From contig JAYWAM010000331.1 of the NCBI GenBank assembly GCA_043782425.1, forward strand, positions 1-56,095: a stretch of DNA of 56,095 nt, written 5' to 3'. The translations under genes and the position numbers were made by a program. Source of the DNA: Betaproteobacteria bacterium (GTDB lineage: Bacteria; Pseudomonadota; Gammaproteobacteria; Burkholderiales; Usitatibacteraceae). The notes beneath the pieces were generated by a model. That model did no database searches, had not been told where the DNA came from, and worked only from the letters and a program-made list of their open reading frames with translations. This document shows positions 10,369-19,681 of the stretch, piece after piece. The first letter of the stretch is position 1, and each line of letters starts with the position of its first letter.

Positions 10369-11100
10369 ATGACACGTCACGACGGCCGTAACCCAGACCA
10401 GATGCGCCCGGTGCGCATAACGCGCAATTACACCAAGCATGCCGAAGGCGCGGTGTTGATTGAGTTCGGCGATACCAAGGTGTTGTGCACCGCAAGCGTG
10501 GAAGAGCGCCTGCCGCCGCACAAGAAAGGCAGCGGCGAAGGCTGGGTGACGGCGGAATACGGCATGTTGCCGCGCTCGACCAATACGCGCACTGATCGCG
10601 AAGCGGCGCGCGGCAAGCAGACCGGCCGCACACAGGAGATTCAACGCCTGATTGGCCGCTCGATGCGCGCCGTGGTCAATTTGAAGTTGTTAGGCGAGCG
10701 CCAGATCGTCATCGACTGCGACGTGATTCAGGCTGATGGCGGCACGCGCACTGCCGCCATCAGCGGCGCTTATGTGGCGTTGCAAGACGCGATAAAGGTG
10801 TTGATGAAAAAAGGCTTGGTCAAACAATCGCCGATACGCAATGCCGTTGCCGCGATTTCAGTGGGCATCCACAAGGGCGCCGCCTTGCTTGATCTCAATT
10901 ACATCGAAGATTCAAGCTGTGAAACCGATATGAATGTGGTGATGACCGGCAGCGGGCACTTTGTGGAAGTGCAGGGTACCGCCGAAGGCGCAGCCTTCTC
11001 GCGCGCGGAAATGGGCGCCTTGCTCGATCTGGCGAGCGTCGGCATTCAGCAACTGGTGCAGAAGCAGAAAGAGGCGTTGAGTGTGGAGTTAGGCGCCTAG
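10369..11100 (+). CDS. rph: ribonuclease PH
   Basis: 243-aa ORF with the typical RNase PH N-terminus ([44 protein letters not shown]). Confidence 0.93.
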   Translation: MTRHDGRNPDQMRPVRITRNYTKHAEGAVLIEFGDTKVLCTASVEERLPPHKKGSGEGWVTAEYGMLPRSTNTRTDREAARGKQTGRTQEIQRLIGRSMRAVVNLKLLGERQIVIDCDVIQADGGTRTAAISGAYVALQDAIKVLMKKGLVKQSPIRNAVAAISVGIHKGAALLDLNYIEDSSCETDMNVVMTGSGHFVEVQGTAEGAAFSRAEMGALLDLASVGIQQLVQKQKEALSVELGA

Positions 11101-11207
11101 TAAGCGGGGAGCGGGCTATTTCCTTTATAATTCGTCACTTTATCTAAAGCGAACCTGGGGCCAATAGTCCCCATCTGCTCCCGGTTCGCCCTACCCGCAA
11201 AGCTCCC

Positions 11208-13952
11208 ATGCTAGACAACTTTCTGAAGAAAATTTTCGGCAGCCGCAACGACCGCCTGCTCAAGCAGTATGGCAAAGTGGTGCAGCAAATCAATGCGCTT
11301 GAGCCTGTCACGCAAAAACTCAGCGACGCCGAGCTAAGCGCCAAAACCGGTGAATTCAAGGAGCGCCTGCAAAAAGGTGAAAGTCTGGATGACCTCCTGC
11401 CCGAGGCGTTTGCCGTGGTGCGCGAGGCTTCGGTGCGCGTGCTGGGGATGCGCCATTTCGATGTGCAGATGATAGGCGGCATCGCGCTGCATCAAGGCAA
11501 GATACCGGAAATGCGCACCGGTGAAGGTAAAACCCTGGCCGCCACGTTACCCTCCTACCTGAATGCCCTGACTGGCAATGGCGTGCATATCATCACGGTT
11601 AACGATTACCTGGCGAACCGCGATGCAGAGTGGATGGGCCGCATACACACCTTCCTCGGCCTGAGCGTCGGCGTCAACCTGTCGCACATGGCGCACCCTG
11701 ACAAGCAGAAGGCGTTCAGCGCGGACATCACTTACGGCACCAACAACGAATTCGGCTTCGACTACCTGCGCGACAACATGGTGACGCAGGTGTCGGAACG
11801 CGTCATGCGCAGCCTCAATTACGCCATCGTCGATGAAGTCGATTCGATTCTCATCGATGAGGCGCGCACGCCACTTATCATTTCCGGCCAGGCTGAAGAC
11901 TCGACGGCGATGTACCAGAAAATCAATACGCTGGTGCCGCACCTTATCAAGCAGGAGGAAGAAGAAGGCGCGGGAGATTTCTGGGTCGATCTGAAAATGC
12001 ATACGGTTACGCTTTCGGAACAAGGTCACGAGCACGCCGAAGCGCTGATGGAGCAGGCCGAACTGATACCGCCTAACAGCACCTTGTACGATCCGTCGAA
12101 CATCATGCTCATGCATCATCTTTATGCGGCGGTGCGCGCCCACAGCCTGTATCACAAGGATCAGCACTATGTGGTGACTAACGGCGAGGTGGTGATCGTT
12201 GACGAGCACACCGGGCGCATGATGGCGGGACGGCGCTGGTCCGATGGCTTGCACCAGGCAGTTGAAGCCAAGGAAAACGTACACATTCAAAACGAATCGC
12301 AGACTCTCGCCTCTATCACCTTCCAGAATTTTTTCCGTCTCTACAAAAAGCTGGCCGGCATGACCGGCACGGCCGATACCGAAGCCTTTGAGTTCCAGAC
12401 CATCTACGGCCTTGAGACGGTTCTCATCCCGACCAATCAGCCAATGGTGCGCAAGGATATGAATGATCAGGTTTTCCTGACCGCCAAAGAAAAAGACAAC
12501 GCTGTCATTCAGAATATCAAGGAATGCTTCGCCCGCGGCCAGCCGGTGTTGGTCGGCACCACCTCCATTGAGGCTTCGGAATTGCTCTCCGCGCTACTCG
12601 ACAAGCAGAGCATGTCGCACCAGGTGTTGAATGCCAAGCAGCACGCGCGCGAGGCGGAAATCATCACCCAGGCGGGGCGGCCGAAGATGATTACCATCGC
12701 CACCAATATGGCGGGCCGCGGCACCGACATCGTGCTGGGCGGCAATCCCGATCCCGAGATTCAGTCGGTCAAGAAAGACGACACGCTGGATGAAAGCGCA
12801 AAAGAACGCCGCATCGCCGCCATCCGTGAGAACTGGCAAAAGCTGCATAACGAAGTCGTCGCCTCAGGCGGCCTGCATATTATCGGTTCCGAGCGCCATG
12901 AATCGCGCCGTATCGACAACCAGTTGCGCGGACGCTCGGGCCGCCAGGGTGATCCGGGTTCTTCGCGCTTCTATCTTTCCTTTGAAGATCCGCTGCTGAA
13001 AATTTTTGCCGCCGATCGCATCAAAGCCATTATGCAGCGCCTCAAACTGCCCGAAGGCGAAGCCATCGAGGCCGGCATGGTGTCGCGCTCGATTGAAAAT
13101 GCGCAGCGCAAAGTCGAAGCGCGCAACTTTGATATTCGCAAGCAACTTCTTGAGTATGACGACGTCGCCAACGACCAGCGCAAGGTGATCTACCAGCAAC
13201 GTAACGAATTGCTTGAGTCTGAGGACATTTCCGACACCATACGCGTCATGCGCTCCGACGTGCTGGGGCAAACTACGCAGACTTTTGTGCCGCCTGAAAG
13301 TGTTGAGGAACAGTGGGATGTTGAAGGTCTGGCGCGCAGCCTCGAAGCCGATTTCGCGCTCAAGGCGCCGCTACAGGAGTGGCTCAAAAGCGATAGCGAG
13401 CTCGATTCGGAAAAAATGGCAGCGCGCATTGTCACCCTGGCAGACCAGGACTACGCGGCGAAATTTGCAGTGGTGGAAAAGTCTTTGCTGCACCAGTACG
13501 AGCGTTCCGTGATGTTGCAAAGCATCGATTCGCATTGGCGCGAACATCTTGCCGCGCTCGATTATCTGCGCCAGGGGATTCATTTACGCGGATACGCTGC
13601 CAAGCAACCCAAGCAGGAATACAAGCGCGAAGCGTTTGAACTTTTTGGCGGCTTGCTCGATGCCGTCAAACGCCAGGTGACACAACTGTTGATGAATGTA
13701 CAAGTGCGCAGCCAGGAAGAAGTTGCGGCTGCCGAAAAAGCTGCCGAAGAAGCGGCTGCCGCCGTGAAAAATCTACGCTACGATCACCCCAACCCCGATG
13801 TAGAAAGCGCGTCGGGTGAGGCGGGCGAAGCTGCGCCGCCAGCCGAAGCGCCGCAACCCTACCTGCGCTCTAGCGAAAAAATCGGCAGAAACGACCCGTG
13901 TTGGTGTGGATCAGGAAAAAAATTCAAGCATTGTCACGGCAAGTTGAACTGA
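11208..13952 (+). CDS. secA: preprotein translocase ATPase SecA
   Basis: 914-aa ORF with Walker [14 protein letters not shown]-like [21 protein letters not shown] and a C-terminal zinc finger [15 protein letters not shown]. Confidence 0.97.
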   Translation: MLDNFLKKIFGSRNDRLLKQYGKVVQQINALEPVTQKLSDAELSAKTGEFKERLQKGESLDDLLPEAFAVVREASVRVLGMRHFDVQMIGGIALHQGKIPEMRTGEGKTLAATLPSYLNALTGNGVHIITVNDYLANRDAEWMGRIHTFLGLSVGVNLSHMAHPDKQKAFSADITYGTNNEFGFDYLRDNMVTQVSERVMRSLNYAIVDEVDSILIDEARTPLIISGQAEDSTAMYQKINTLVPHLIKQEEEEGAGDFWVDLKMHTVTLSEQGHEHAEALMEQAELIPPNSTLYDPSNIMLMHHLYAAVRAHSLYHKDQHYVVTNGEVVIVDEHTGRMMAGRRWSDGLHQAVEAKENVHIQNESQTLASITFQNFFRLYKKLAGMTGTADTEAFEFQTIYGLETVLIPTNQPMVRKDMNDQVFLTAKEKDNAVIQNIKECFARGQPVLVGTTSIEASELLSALLDKQSMSHQVLNAKQHAREAEIITQAGRPKMITIATNMAGRGTDIVLGGNPDPEIQSVKKDDTLDESAKERRIAAIRENWQKLHNEVVASGGLHIIGSERHESRRIDNQLRGRSGRQGDPGSSRFYLSFEDPLLKIFAADRIKAIMQRLKLPEGEAIEAGMVSRSIENAQRKVEARNFDIRKQLLEYDDVANDQRKVIYQQRNELLESEDISDTIRVMRSDVLGQTTQTFVPPESVEEQWDVEGLARSLEADFALKAPLQEWLKSDSELDSEKMAARIVTLADQDYAAKFAVVEKSLLHQYERSVMLQSIDSHWREHLAALDYLRQGIHLRGYAAKQPKQEYKREAFELFGGLLDAVKRQVTQLLMNVQVRSQEEVAAAEKAAEEAAAAVKNLRYDHPNPDVESASGEAGEAAPPAEAPQPYLRSSEKIGRNDPCWCGSGKKFKHCHGKLN

Positions 13953-14056
13953 CCTGCTGAAATGATTGCGACATCCAGTTGTTCTTGCTTTGTAATAGCC
14001 AAACGAAACTTTATTTTCCACTCGGCATGCTTACTAATTGCGCTGTCGATATCCAT
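13934..14056 (-). pseudogene. truncated CZB (chemoreceptor zinc-binding)-like domain remnant
   Basis: The minus-strand ORF reads MDIDSAISKHAEWKIKFRLAITKQEQLDVAIIS, which resembles the N-terminal helix of CZB domains. It lacks the following Cys/His zinc-ligand region. The frame runs into the antisense of the last secA codons and stops. Confidence 0.35.
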
Positions 14057-14157
14057 GTTGCTCTCCTTGTGCTCATGAGTTTTAGCCTTGCCCCAATGCT
14101 GTTCCCAAAGAAAAATTTCCGTTGCCAAAGTAATTTTCTAACGATCCCTTATGTCAT

Positions 14158-14190
14158 AAACAACCCCGCGGTCTTGCCGCGGGGTTGTTT
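14158..14190. terminator. bidirectional rho-independent terminator
   Basis: 14-bp perfect stem AAACAACCCCGCGG (14158-14171) / CCGCGGGGTTGTTT (14177-14190) with loop TCTTG. The arms end in T-rich runs in both orientations. It lies 65 nt downstream of the minus-strand DUF1641 gene. Confidence 0.65.
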
Positions 14191-14254
14191 ATTTAAGGGT
14201 GAACTAAGAGGGGTTGATGACGAGGTGAAGAAATGCCGGCCGGGATGAAGAAGA

Positions 14255-14869
14255 TCACGGTGCGCGCGATATGCAACTTTGCTGCATGCGCTTGCCGACA
14301 TCCAGGGCAAAATGGATGAACTTCATGTTTTCCGGATCGCGCAACAAGCGCAGCATTTCAAATATGCCAGTTCCGCTTGCGGGTTGATCCCTGGAAGCCC
14401 GCGATGCTGCCTGCAAACAGTGCATGGCGTCACCAAAGAGTTCCAGACTCTCGACCAGCTGGGGCAGGCGGTTGGCCAGCCTGTCGAGCGCTCCCGAAGC
14501 GTTCAGTTCTTCAAGCACTTCGACAAGCCGTACCACGCCGCTGCGGCTGAGACGATCCGCGATGGAGACGGCTTCGCCTATGGTTTCGGCAAAGCGTCCA
14601 ACCATGTCGTCGGTGACCGCGTCTTCGGCGGCCGCCAAGACGCGCGCATAGCCGACGAGGCGCTCAAGGTCGCCATTATTGATTAATTGAGCGATCGCCG
14701 GTATGGCATTCGCTGCGCCGCTGCGGTTGAAACGGTCTAGAAGTTCCATGGTCTGGCTTGCGCTTTCAGAAAGCCTCGCCACCATGTCGTCGGTTACCGA
14801 GTCGTGCGCAGCCTGGACGACCCTGTCGATTTCGTGGCGCATTTGCGCCGCCTGTTCTTGTTCGCTCAT
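14255..14869 (-). CDS. DUF1641-like protein
   Basis: 204-aa ORF with an internal duplication (VTDDMVARLSE... / VTDDMVGRFAE...). It lies immediately downstream of the SQR-like flavoprotein, the usual DUF1641 partner context. Confidence 0.7.
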   Translation of the reverse strand: MSEQEQAAQMRHEIDRVVQAAHDSVTDDMVARLSESASQTMELLDRFNRSGAANAIPAIAQLINNGDLERLVGYARVLAAAEDAVTDDMVGRFAETIGEAVSIADRLSRSGVVRLVEVLEELNASGALDRLANRLPQLVESLELFGDAMHCLQAASRASRDQPASGTGIFEMLRLLRDPENMKFIHFALDVGKRMQQSCISRAP

Positions 14870-14880
14870 GTCATTCTCCT

Positions 14881-16014
14881 TTACAGCAACCCGCGCGCCG
14901 AAAGCCAGTACATCTTGTTGTAGGCCAGCTTGAACCAGTGTACGCCGCGCGTGGGCGCTTTGGGGTCAGGCGGCTGGGTATAGTTGAACATCGCGTAGGA
15001 CGCACGATCCGACCCCGCCTGGATGAAGCAGAATACTTTGCCGTCGTATTTTCGTACCGGGGAACCGAGTTTCACCATCGCGGCGATGTTCTCGCCAACC
15101 ACCTCGGCCTCGAAGTGCGCAGTCGAACCGGCCTTGCTGATCGGGATGTTGGTGGTGTCGCCCAGCACAAAGACGTTGTCGCGCCCCTCCATGTTCAGGT
15201 TGTAACGATCAGTGGGGATCCAGCCGTTCTGACCGAGCTTATTTTTCTCGATGACTTCCATGCCCTTGTGCGCCGGGATCGAAATCAGCATATCGTAGTT
15301 GACCTGGCTGCCTTCTTCGCTGATGAGCAGGCGCTTGTCGCCATCGACTTGTTTCAGGTTGAACAAGGTCTCGTAGGTGATGCCAAGCCGGTCCATCTCG
15401 GGCGCCGCCCACTTCGCGACGTTTTCCAGCGTATGCACGCGCCCGACCGGATAGGTGTAGTGGATTTTCACCTTGTCGCCAAGACCGCGTTCCTTGAAAT
15501 AATCGTGCAGCATGAAGGTGATTTCGAGCGGCGCCATCGGGCACTTGTGCGGAACGCCCATGGCGATCACGATCTTGCCTTCCTTGAAATCGCGCAGGCG
15601 TTTGAACATCTTGACCGCGGTCTCCTCGGTATAGAAGAACTCGGCGTTTTCTGCCAGCCCGGGAATCGCCTCGGGCCACATTCTGGAACCGGTGGCAATG
15701 GCAAGCATGTCGTAGCCGTGAATTTTTCCACTCTTGGTCTTGACCTGATTCTTGTCGAGCATGAACTCCTCGACCGGGTCGACATGGAATTCGATGCCGG
15801 ATTCAAGCAGACTTGCCTGGTCGCGATATAGTTCGTCGGGCATCATCTTTCCGACCGCCACATACAGCAAACCAGGCAGGTACGCGTGCTTGTCCGATGC
15901 GGAGAGCATAGTGATTTTCACTTTTCCGCTCTTGACTTCAGGCTTCAAACGGCGTGCCAGATTGTTGGCCAGAATGGTGCCGCCCATCCCGCCCCCGACG
16001 ACTAGAATTTTCAT
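14881..16014 (-). CDS. FAD-dependent pyridine nucleotide-disulfide oxidoreductase (sulfide:quinone reductase-like)
   Basis: 377-aa ORF with an N-terminal Rossmann motif (KILVVGGGMGGT). Its operon context is TusA, DsrE-like and DUF1641 genes. Confidence 0.75.
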   Translation of the reverse strand: MKILVVGGGMGGTILANNLARRLKPEVKSGKVKITMLSASDKHAYLPGLLYVAVGKMMPDELYRDQASLLESGIEFHVDPVEEFMLDKNQVKTKSGKIHGYDMLAIATGSRMWPEAIPGLAENAEFFYTEETAVKMFKRLRDFKEGKIVIAMGVPHKCPMAPLEITFMLHDYFKERGLGDKVKIHYTYPVGRVHTLENVAKWAAPEMDRLGITYETLFNLKQVDGDKRLLISEEGSQVNYDMLISIPAHKGMEVIEKNKLGQNGWIPTDRYNLNMEGRDNVFVLGDTTNIPISKAGSTAHFEAEVVGENIAAMVKLGSPVRKYDGKVFCFIQAGSDRASYAMFNYTQPPDPKAPTRGVHWFKLAYNKMYWLSARGLL

Positions 16015-16050
16015 GTCTGCTCTCCTTGGCGTTGAGAATGTATCAACTGT

Positions 16051-16296
16051 TTATTTAGTCCTGCGAACCAGCACGTGCCAAACCCCTGCCTCTTCGCTCG
16101 TTTCGATATGCTCATGGCCGACCTTGTTGATCCACTGCGGAATCTCTCCGGCCGAACCACGGTCGGTGGACAGGATTTCGATTTCATCGCCCACCTGCAC
16201 CATTTTCATGGCGGCGATCAGTTCCATGAGCGGCCCAGGGCAGAAGCTGCCGCGCGCATCGATTATTTTACGTTCCATGACATCACTCCGCGACAC
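16051..16296 (-). CDS. TusA-family sulfur carrier protein
   Basis: 81-aa ORF with the diagnostic DARGSFCPGPLM (Cys-Pro-x-Pro) motif. Confidence 0.85.
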   Translation of the reverse strand: MSRSDVMERKIIDARGSFCPGPLMELIAAMKMVQVGDEIEILSTDRGSAGEIPQWINKVGHEHIETSEEAGVWHVLVRRTK

Positions 16297-16299
16297 GAC

Positions 16300-16704
16300 T
16301 CAAAAAGTCCAGACCTGACCGTCCGAGGCCAGACCCAAAAACATGGTCAGTCCCATGGGTTCGCCAATATACTCCTCCAGATCCTCCTGTTTCAGCTCAA
16401 GCACATCCATGGCCATCGAGCAGGGAGCAATCCTGGCATCGCCCAGCGCGACCGCTTGCTGAAACAGCACCTTGAAGGGCGGAACGTTCTTCTGCTCCAT
16501 CAGTTCGCCCATCGGGCCTTCGGCTGGTGCCTCGCCGCTTGCCCCTTTCTTGAAATGGGCCAGAGCATTCATCGACAGGAAAACCAGCACCTCGTGGCCG
16601 CTGACGGCGCCGACCGAAGCGATCATGGCCGCCATCTGCAATTGTTCGCGTTTATCGGAAAGTACTACGATGCTGATTTTTTTTGAGCTCATGGGTTGTT
16701 TCAA
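16300..16704 (-). CDS. DsrE/DsrF-like sulfur relay family protein
   Basis: 134-aa ORF with a DsrE-like layout (KISIVVLSDK..., conserved Cys in IAPCSMAMD). It ends 3 nt upstream of the tusA-like start. Confidence 0.7.
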   Translation of the reverse strand: MKQPMSSKKISIVVLSDKREQLQMAAMIASVGAVSGHEVLVFLSMNALAHFKKGASGEAPAEGPMGELMEQKNVPPFKVLFQQAVALGDARIAPCSMAMDVLELKQEDLEEYIGEPMGLTMFLGLASDGQVWTF

Positions 16705-16819
16705 ACCGTGATGTGCGCTGCTGCTATATTGCGGGAATCCGACATTGCCATGCCGGTTATGGCATATTCAAGCCGGATTCAAGCCGATAATGTAAATATA
16801 GACCAAAAAGTAAGGTTGT

Positions 16820-16839
16820 TGTGATAAAGATTTGTCACA
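16820..16839. promoter_or_regulatory. 20-bp imperfect palindrome upstream of the dsrE-like operon
   Basis: TGTGATAAAGATTTGTCACA matches its own reverse complement at 16 of 20 positions. It lies ~115 bp upstream of the dsrE-like start. The TGTGA/TCACA half sites are spaced by 10 nt, which is not classical CRP spacing. Confidence 0.25.
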
Positions 16840-16891
16840 TTCCTGCGCGGAATTCGACGCATGGCTGATACGGCGCCGGACGCCATGTTAG

Positions 16892-17121
16892 CGCACCTCA
16901 CCCGCCTGTAGGCGATACGCGGAAGCGGCGCGCACCTATGCCGATCTGGCCGCGCAGTCTCGCTATCTGTCTGCGGTCGATTTCTTTCTCTATTACCTTT
17001 ACGTACCCAAGGATTTTCCCAAGCGCGATGCCGAAATGCTGCGCATCTACCCGACCCTGGTGAAGATACTCCCTGCAACGGCGATAGAAATGGTGGGGAT
17101 GGCGCTTGAAACGGGGTCATA
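16892..17121 (+). pseudogene. orphan C-terminal coding fragment (unidentified family)
   Basis: An open plus-strand frame without a usable start reads ...RRYAEAARTYADLAAQSRYLSAVDFFLYYLYVPKDFPKRDAEMLRIYPTLVKILPATAIEMVGMALETGS*. The sequence is protein-like, and its stop lies inside the first GGGGTCA repeat. Confidence 0.25.
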
Positions 17122-17178
17122 AACGAAAACGCAAAACGAAACGGGGTCAAAACGGGGTCAAAAACGGAAACGGGGTCA
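17108..17178 (+). repeat. array of four direct (G)AAACGGGGTCA repeats
   Basis: CGGGGTCA starts at 17112, 17142, 17153 and 17171 (spacings 30, 11 and 18 nt), embedded in AAACG-rich filler. Confidence 0.8.
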
Positions 17179-17203
17179 GGCTTGCAAAATTGCATTACTT
17201 GGC

Positions 17204-17236
17204 AAACTTGAGGTCACAAATTGCGACCTCAAGTTT
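17204..17236. repeat. perfect 12-bp-stem palindrome
   Basis: AAACTTGAGGTC (17204-17215) / GACCTCAAGTTT (17225-17236) with a 9-nt loop. No convincing U-tract follows on either strand, so it is more operator-like or recombination-site-like than a terminator. Confidence 0.6.
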
Positions 17237-17306
17237 TAAGGTCTCCAAAGAGGTCAGGCACGCATTAAATTCACGCTGTCTGTCGTGCAGTTGCTTGAAG
17301 CTATAT

Positions 17307-17510
17307 TTAAAGAGAGAAGTTCTCCCCCACGCCCGCTGATCGCGGGCGTTGTTGTTTTGGGCTGTTCAAGTGTTCGCGATAATCACCAGCGCCTCGGCCC
17401 CCGCGACGATGCGCATCATCACCGGATACGATCAAGTCCGCGTGGACCGCGAGCGCACAGACGAGCACCGTATCGTGCATCTCCATCACGGCGCGCTGCT
17501 TATTCCATTT
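17307..17510 (-). pseudogene. remnant of a PIN-domain toxin (C-terminal third only)
   Basis: The minus-strand frame reads ...MHDTVLVCALAVHADLIVSGDDAH. This matches the conserved C-terminal D-x-x-[FL]-L-x-C-A-x-A-x-x-A-D-x-[IL]-V-[ST]-G-D block of PIN_3-type toxins. The N-terminal two thirds are absent, and the frame opens right after a TGA 75 nt downstream of the TonB-receptor stop. Confidence 0.4.
17329..17358 (+). terminator. rho-independent terminator (plus strand)
   Basis: Stem ACGCCCGC (17329-17336) / GCGGGCGT (17342-17349) with loop TGATC, followed by TGTTGTTTT. Confidence 0.5.
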
Positions 17511-17587
17511 TCAAATCAAAAAGCTGTAAGTTGGTCAGAACTTCGCCGAGCGCTCGTCGCGATCGGAGCGGTAGGAAATTCTTCCAA

Positions 17588-19444
17588 TCAGTGCGCCTCA
17601 AATTTCACGCTCAGGAACAGCATGCGCCCTGCGGTGTTGTACCCCTGGGCAAGCTCATATTTCTTGTCGGCGAGGTTGCTGCCTGACAACGCCACACTCC
17701 ACTGTTTATTGATCGTGTAGCGTACCTGGGCGTGGATCAATCCGTAGCCGCCCATGCGCGATCCTGCTGCTTCGGCGGCAGAATCGAAACGTGCGCCACT
17801 GCCCGCCAGGGTGGTGGAAGCCTCCCAGGCGCCCCAGGTTCTTGTCAGCGACAGGCTGCCGAAGGATTTGGCGCGGCCTTGCAGTTGCTTGCCGCTGTCA
17901 TCATCGCGCGGGCGCTGGTGCGTGGCTTTGACATGCACTTCCAAGCCCAGCAAGGTGGTGTCAAAACCCAGCTCCAGGCCACGAATACGCGCGCGGTGAA
18001 TATTGATTAGCGGCGAGCCGCCTATCAGGTCTTCGATTGTTTGATCGAATCCGACTATGCTGGCAGCAAGTGCACCAGCACTGTAGCGCACACCGACTTC
18101 GGCGCTTTTGGAACGTTCCGGTAGTAGATTGGGATTGCCAGCGGGCGCAGAAAACGCATTGGCGGGGGCGTAAAGCTCGTTGAAACTTGGTGCACGGAAT
18201 GCCCGTCCGCCGCGCGCATAGACAAGCAGAGCTGGACTAAAATACCAGCCATAGGAAGCGCTGCCGCTATTGTGGCTGCTGAATTGGTCTTCCGTGTGGT
18301 TTCCCACATCACGGCGCAGGTTAAACTCAATTTGCTGCGCGTCGATTTTCTCGATATAACCGGCAAATAACGCGCGTGTCTCGCGGCGTGATTTTTCGTA
18401 AGGCGCGCTGCCGAAAACCCGTTCATTGCGCACGTCAACGCCGGCCATCATGTTGCCGCTGAAAGTCTTGAACTCGTTCAGCCAGGTGAGCTGATCCTGT
18501 CGTGTCTTGAATTGCGCGCTACTGACGCCTTCGATAATCTGATCGTCGCTTGCTCTCCCTATTGTCAGACGGCTTTGCCAACCGGGGCTGAACTCGTTGT
18601 TCGAGTTAAGTTGATAGCCCGACAAGGTCTGGCGATTGAGATCGTTGCTGTCCGCGCCGGAATCGAAGCGCGTACGCCCGCGGCTGTAAAACGCCGACAC
18701 TGCCAGGGTTTCGCCATTACGGAAAGTATGGGCGAGGCGAAAATTGCCGTGCTCGTTGCGATACGGGTCGCGGTCGGGGTTGTAAAAGAGTTGTGCCGCC
18801 GGGTTGGTCGCGCTAGCAGCGTTGCTTTCACGGTAGCCGACATGAAACGTGGCGCTGGTTGCGCTTTCGCTGGTTGAAAAACCGGTTGCGATGTCGCGCG
18901 TTTGCTGGCTTCCGGCGCCAGCGTTGGCATAAAACAAGGGTGTAGCGCTGGCGCGCGTGAAAATCTGGATCACACCGCCTATGGCGTCAGAGCCATACAA
19001 ACCGGATAACGGCCCCTTGACGATCTCAATACGTTCAATAATCGCCAGCGGGATATTCTCCAGTGCGCTCGTGCCGCGCGCAGCCGACCCGACCCGCAGT
19101 CCATCGACCAGCACCAGCGTGTGCCTGCTTTCAGCAGCGCGCATGAACACGCTGGCAGGCTGGCCCGCGCCGCCTGCGCCGCGGATTTCCAGCGCAGCGC
19201 GCGCCTGTAGCAATTCGACCAGGCTCATGCCATCGCTGCGTTCAATTTCCTCGCGCGTAATGACGCTGGCCTGAGTCAGCGACTGCGCCAGCGGTTGCGC
19301 GCTGCGCGTAGCAGTAAAAAGCAGGGTTTCCCCAGTTGCAGAGGTCTGCGCGATCGCAATTGAAGGCGCGGAGGATGACACAACGCCAATCACTATGGAG
19401 GGCAGCGCACCGAGCAGCAGCGCTGGGATTTGTTTCAATTTCAT
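17588..19444 (-). CDS. TonB-dependent outer-membrane receptor
   Basis: It has a signal peptide (MKLKQIPALLLGAL...AQT), a TonB-box-like ETLLFTATR and a plug motif IERIEIVKGPLSGLYGSDAIGGVIQIFT, followed by a long beta-barrel. The start is placed at the ATG at 19444, which is preceded by AGGAA; the track ORF extends to 19480. Confidence 0.9.
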   Translation of the reverse strand: MKLKQIPALLLGALPSIVIGVVSSSAPSIAIAQTSATGETLLFTATRSAQPLAQSLTQASVITREEIERSDGMSLVELLQARAALEIRGAGGAGQPASVFMRAAESRHTLVLVDGLRVGSAARGTSALENIPLAIIERIEIVKGPLSGLYGSDAIGGVIQIFTRASATPLFYANAGAGSQQTRDIATGFSTSESATSATFHVGYRESNAASATNPAAQLFYNPDRDPYRNEHGNFRLAHTFRNGETLAVSAFYSRGRTRFDSGADSNDLNRQTLSGYQLNSNNEFSPGWQSRLTIGRASDDQIIEGVSSAQFKTRQDQLTWLNEFKTFSGNMMAGVDVRNERVFGSAPYEKSRRETRALFAGYIEKIDAQQIEFNLRRDVGNHTEDQFSSHNSGSASYGWYFSPALLVYARGGRAFRAPSFNELYAPANAFSAPAGNPNLLPERSKSAEVGVRYSAGALAASIVGFDQTIEDLIGGSPLINIHRARIRGLELGFDTTLLGLEVHVKATHQRPRDDDSGKQLQGRAKSFGSLSLTRTWGAWEASTTLAGSGARFDSAAEAAGSRMGGYGLIHAQVRYTINKQWSVALSGSNLADKKYELAQGYNTAGRMLFLSVKFEAH

Positions 19445-19681
19445 CGTAGTTTCCTGTTGGCGGCGTACGCCCCCGCGCATCAGATGCTAAAGAGTCGCGC
19501 GCCCATAAGCAAATTGGCTCGTTGACGATGTGGGAAATACCTTCAAAAACAAGTGTTACTCGTGCAGCTTTGATTATCTGTCAAGTATGTGTATGCTCGA
19601 CTCAGTCAGCGCGCAATGCACTCTCAATCTATAGGCCAGGCGCACTGCTTACCACACAACACAAAGCAATATTATTCCTGT

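Noticed and set aside
17108-17178. I considered whether the GGGGTCA direct repeats are a CRISPR array.
   Set aside because: The repeats are only ~11 nt long, the spacers are 0-19 nt and irregular, and there are no cas genes in the window.
19445-19681. I looked for a cobalamin riboswitch or a Fur box in the leader of the BtuB-like TonB-dependent receptor.
   Set aside because: Reading the minus strand, I found no B12-box (no GCCACTG-type core) and no AGGGAA...GGTG conserved elements. The only iron-box-like string is CAGATAATCA (reverse complement of 19571-19580). It matches about 9 of 19 positions of the Fur consensus and overlaps a TTGACA hexamer. That is too weak to call.
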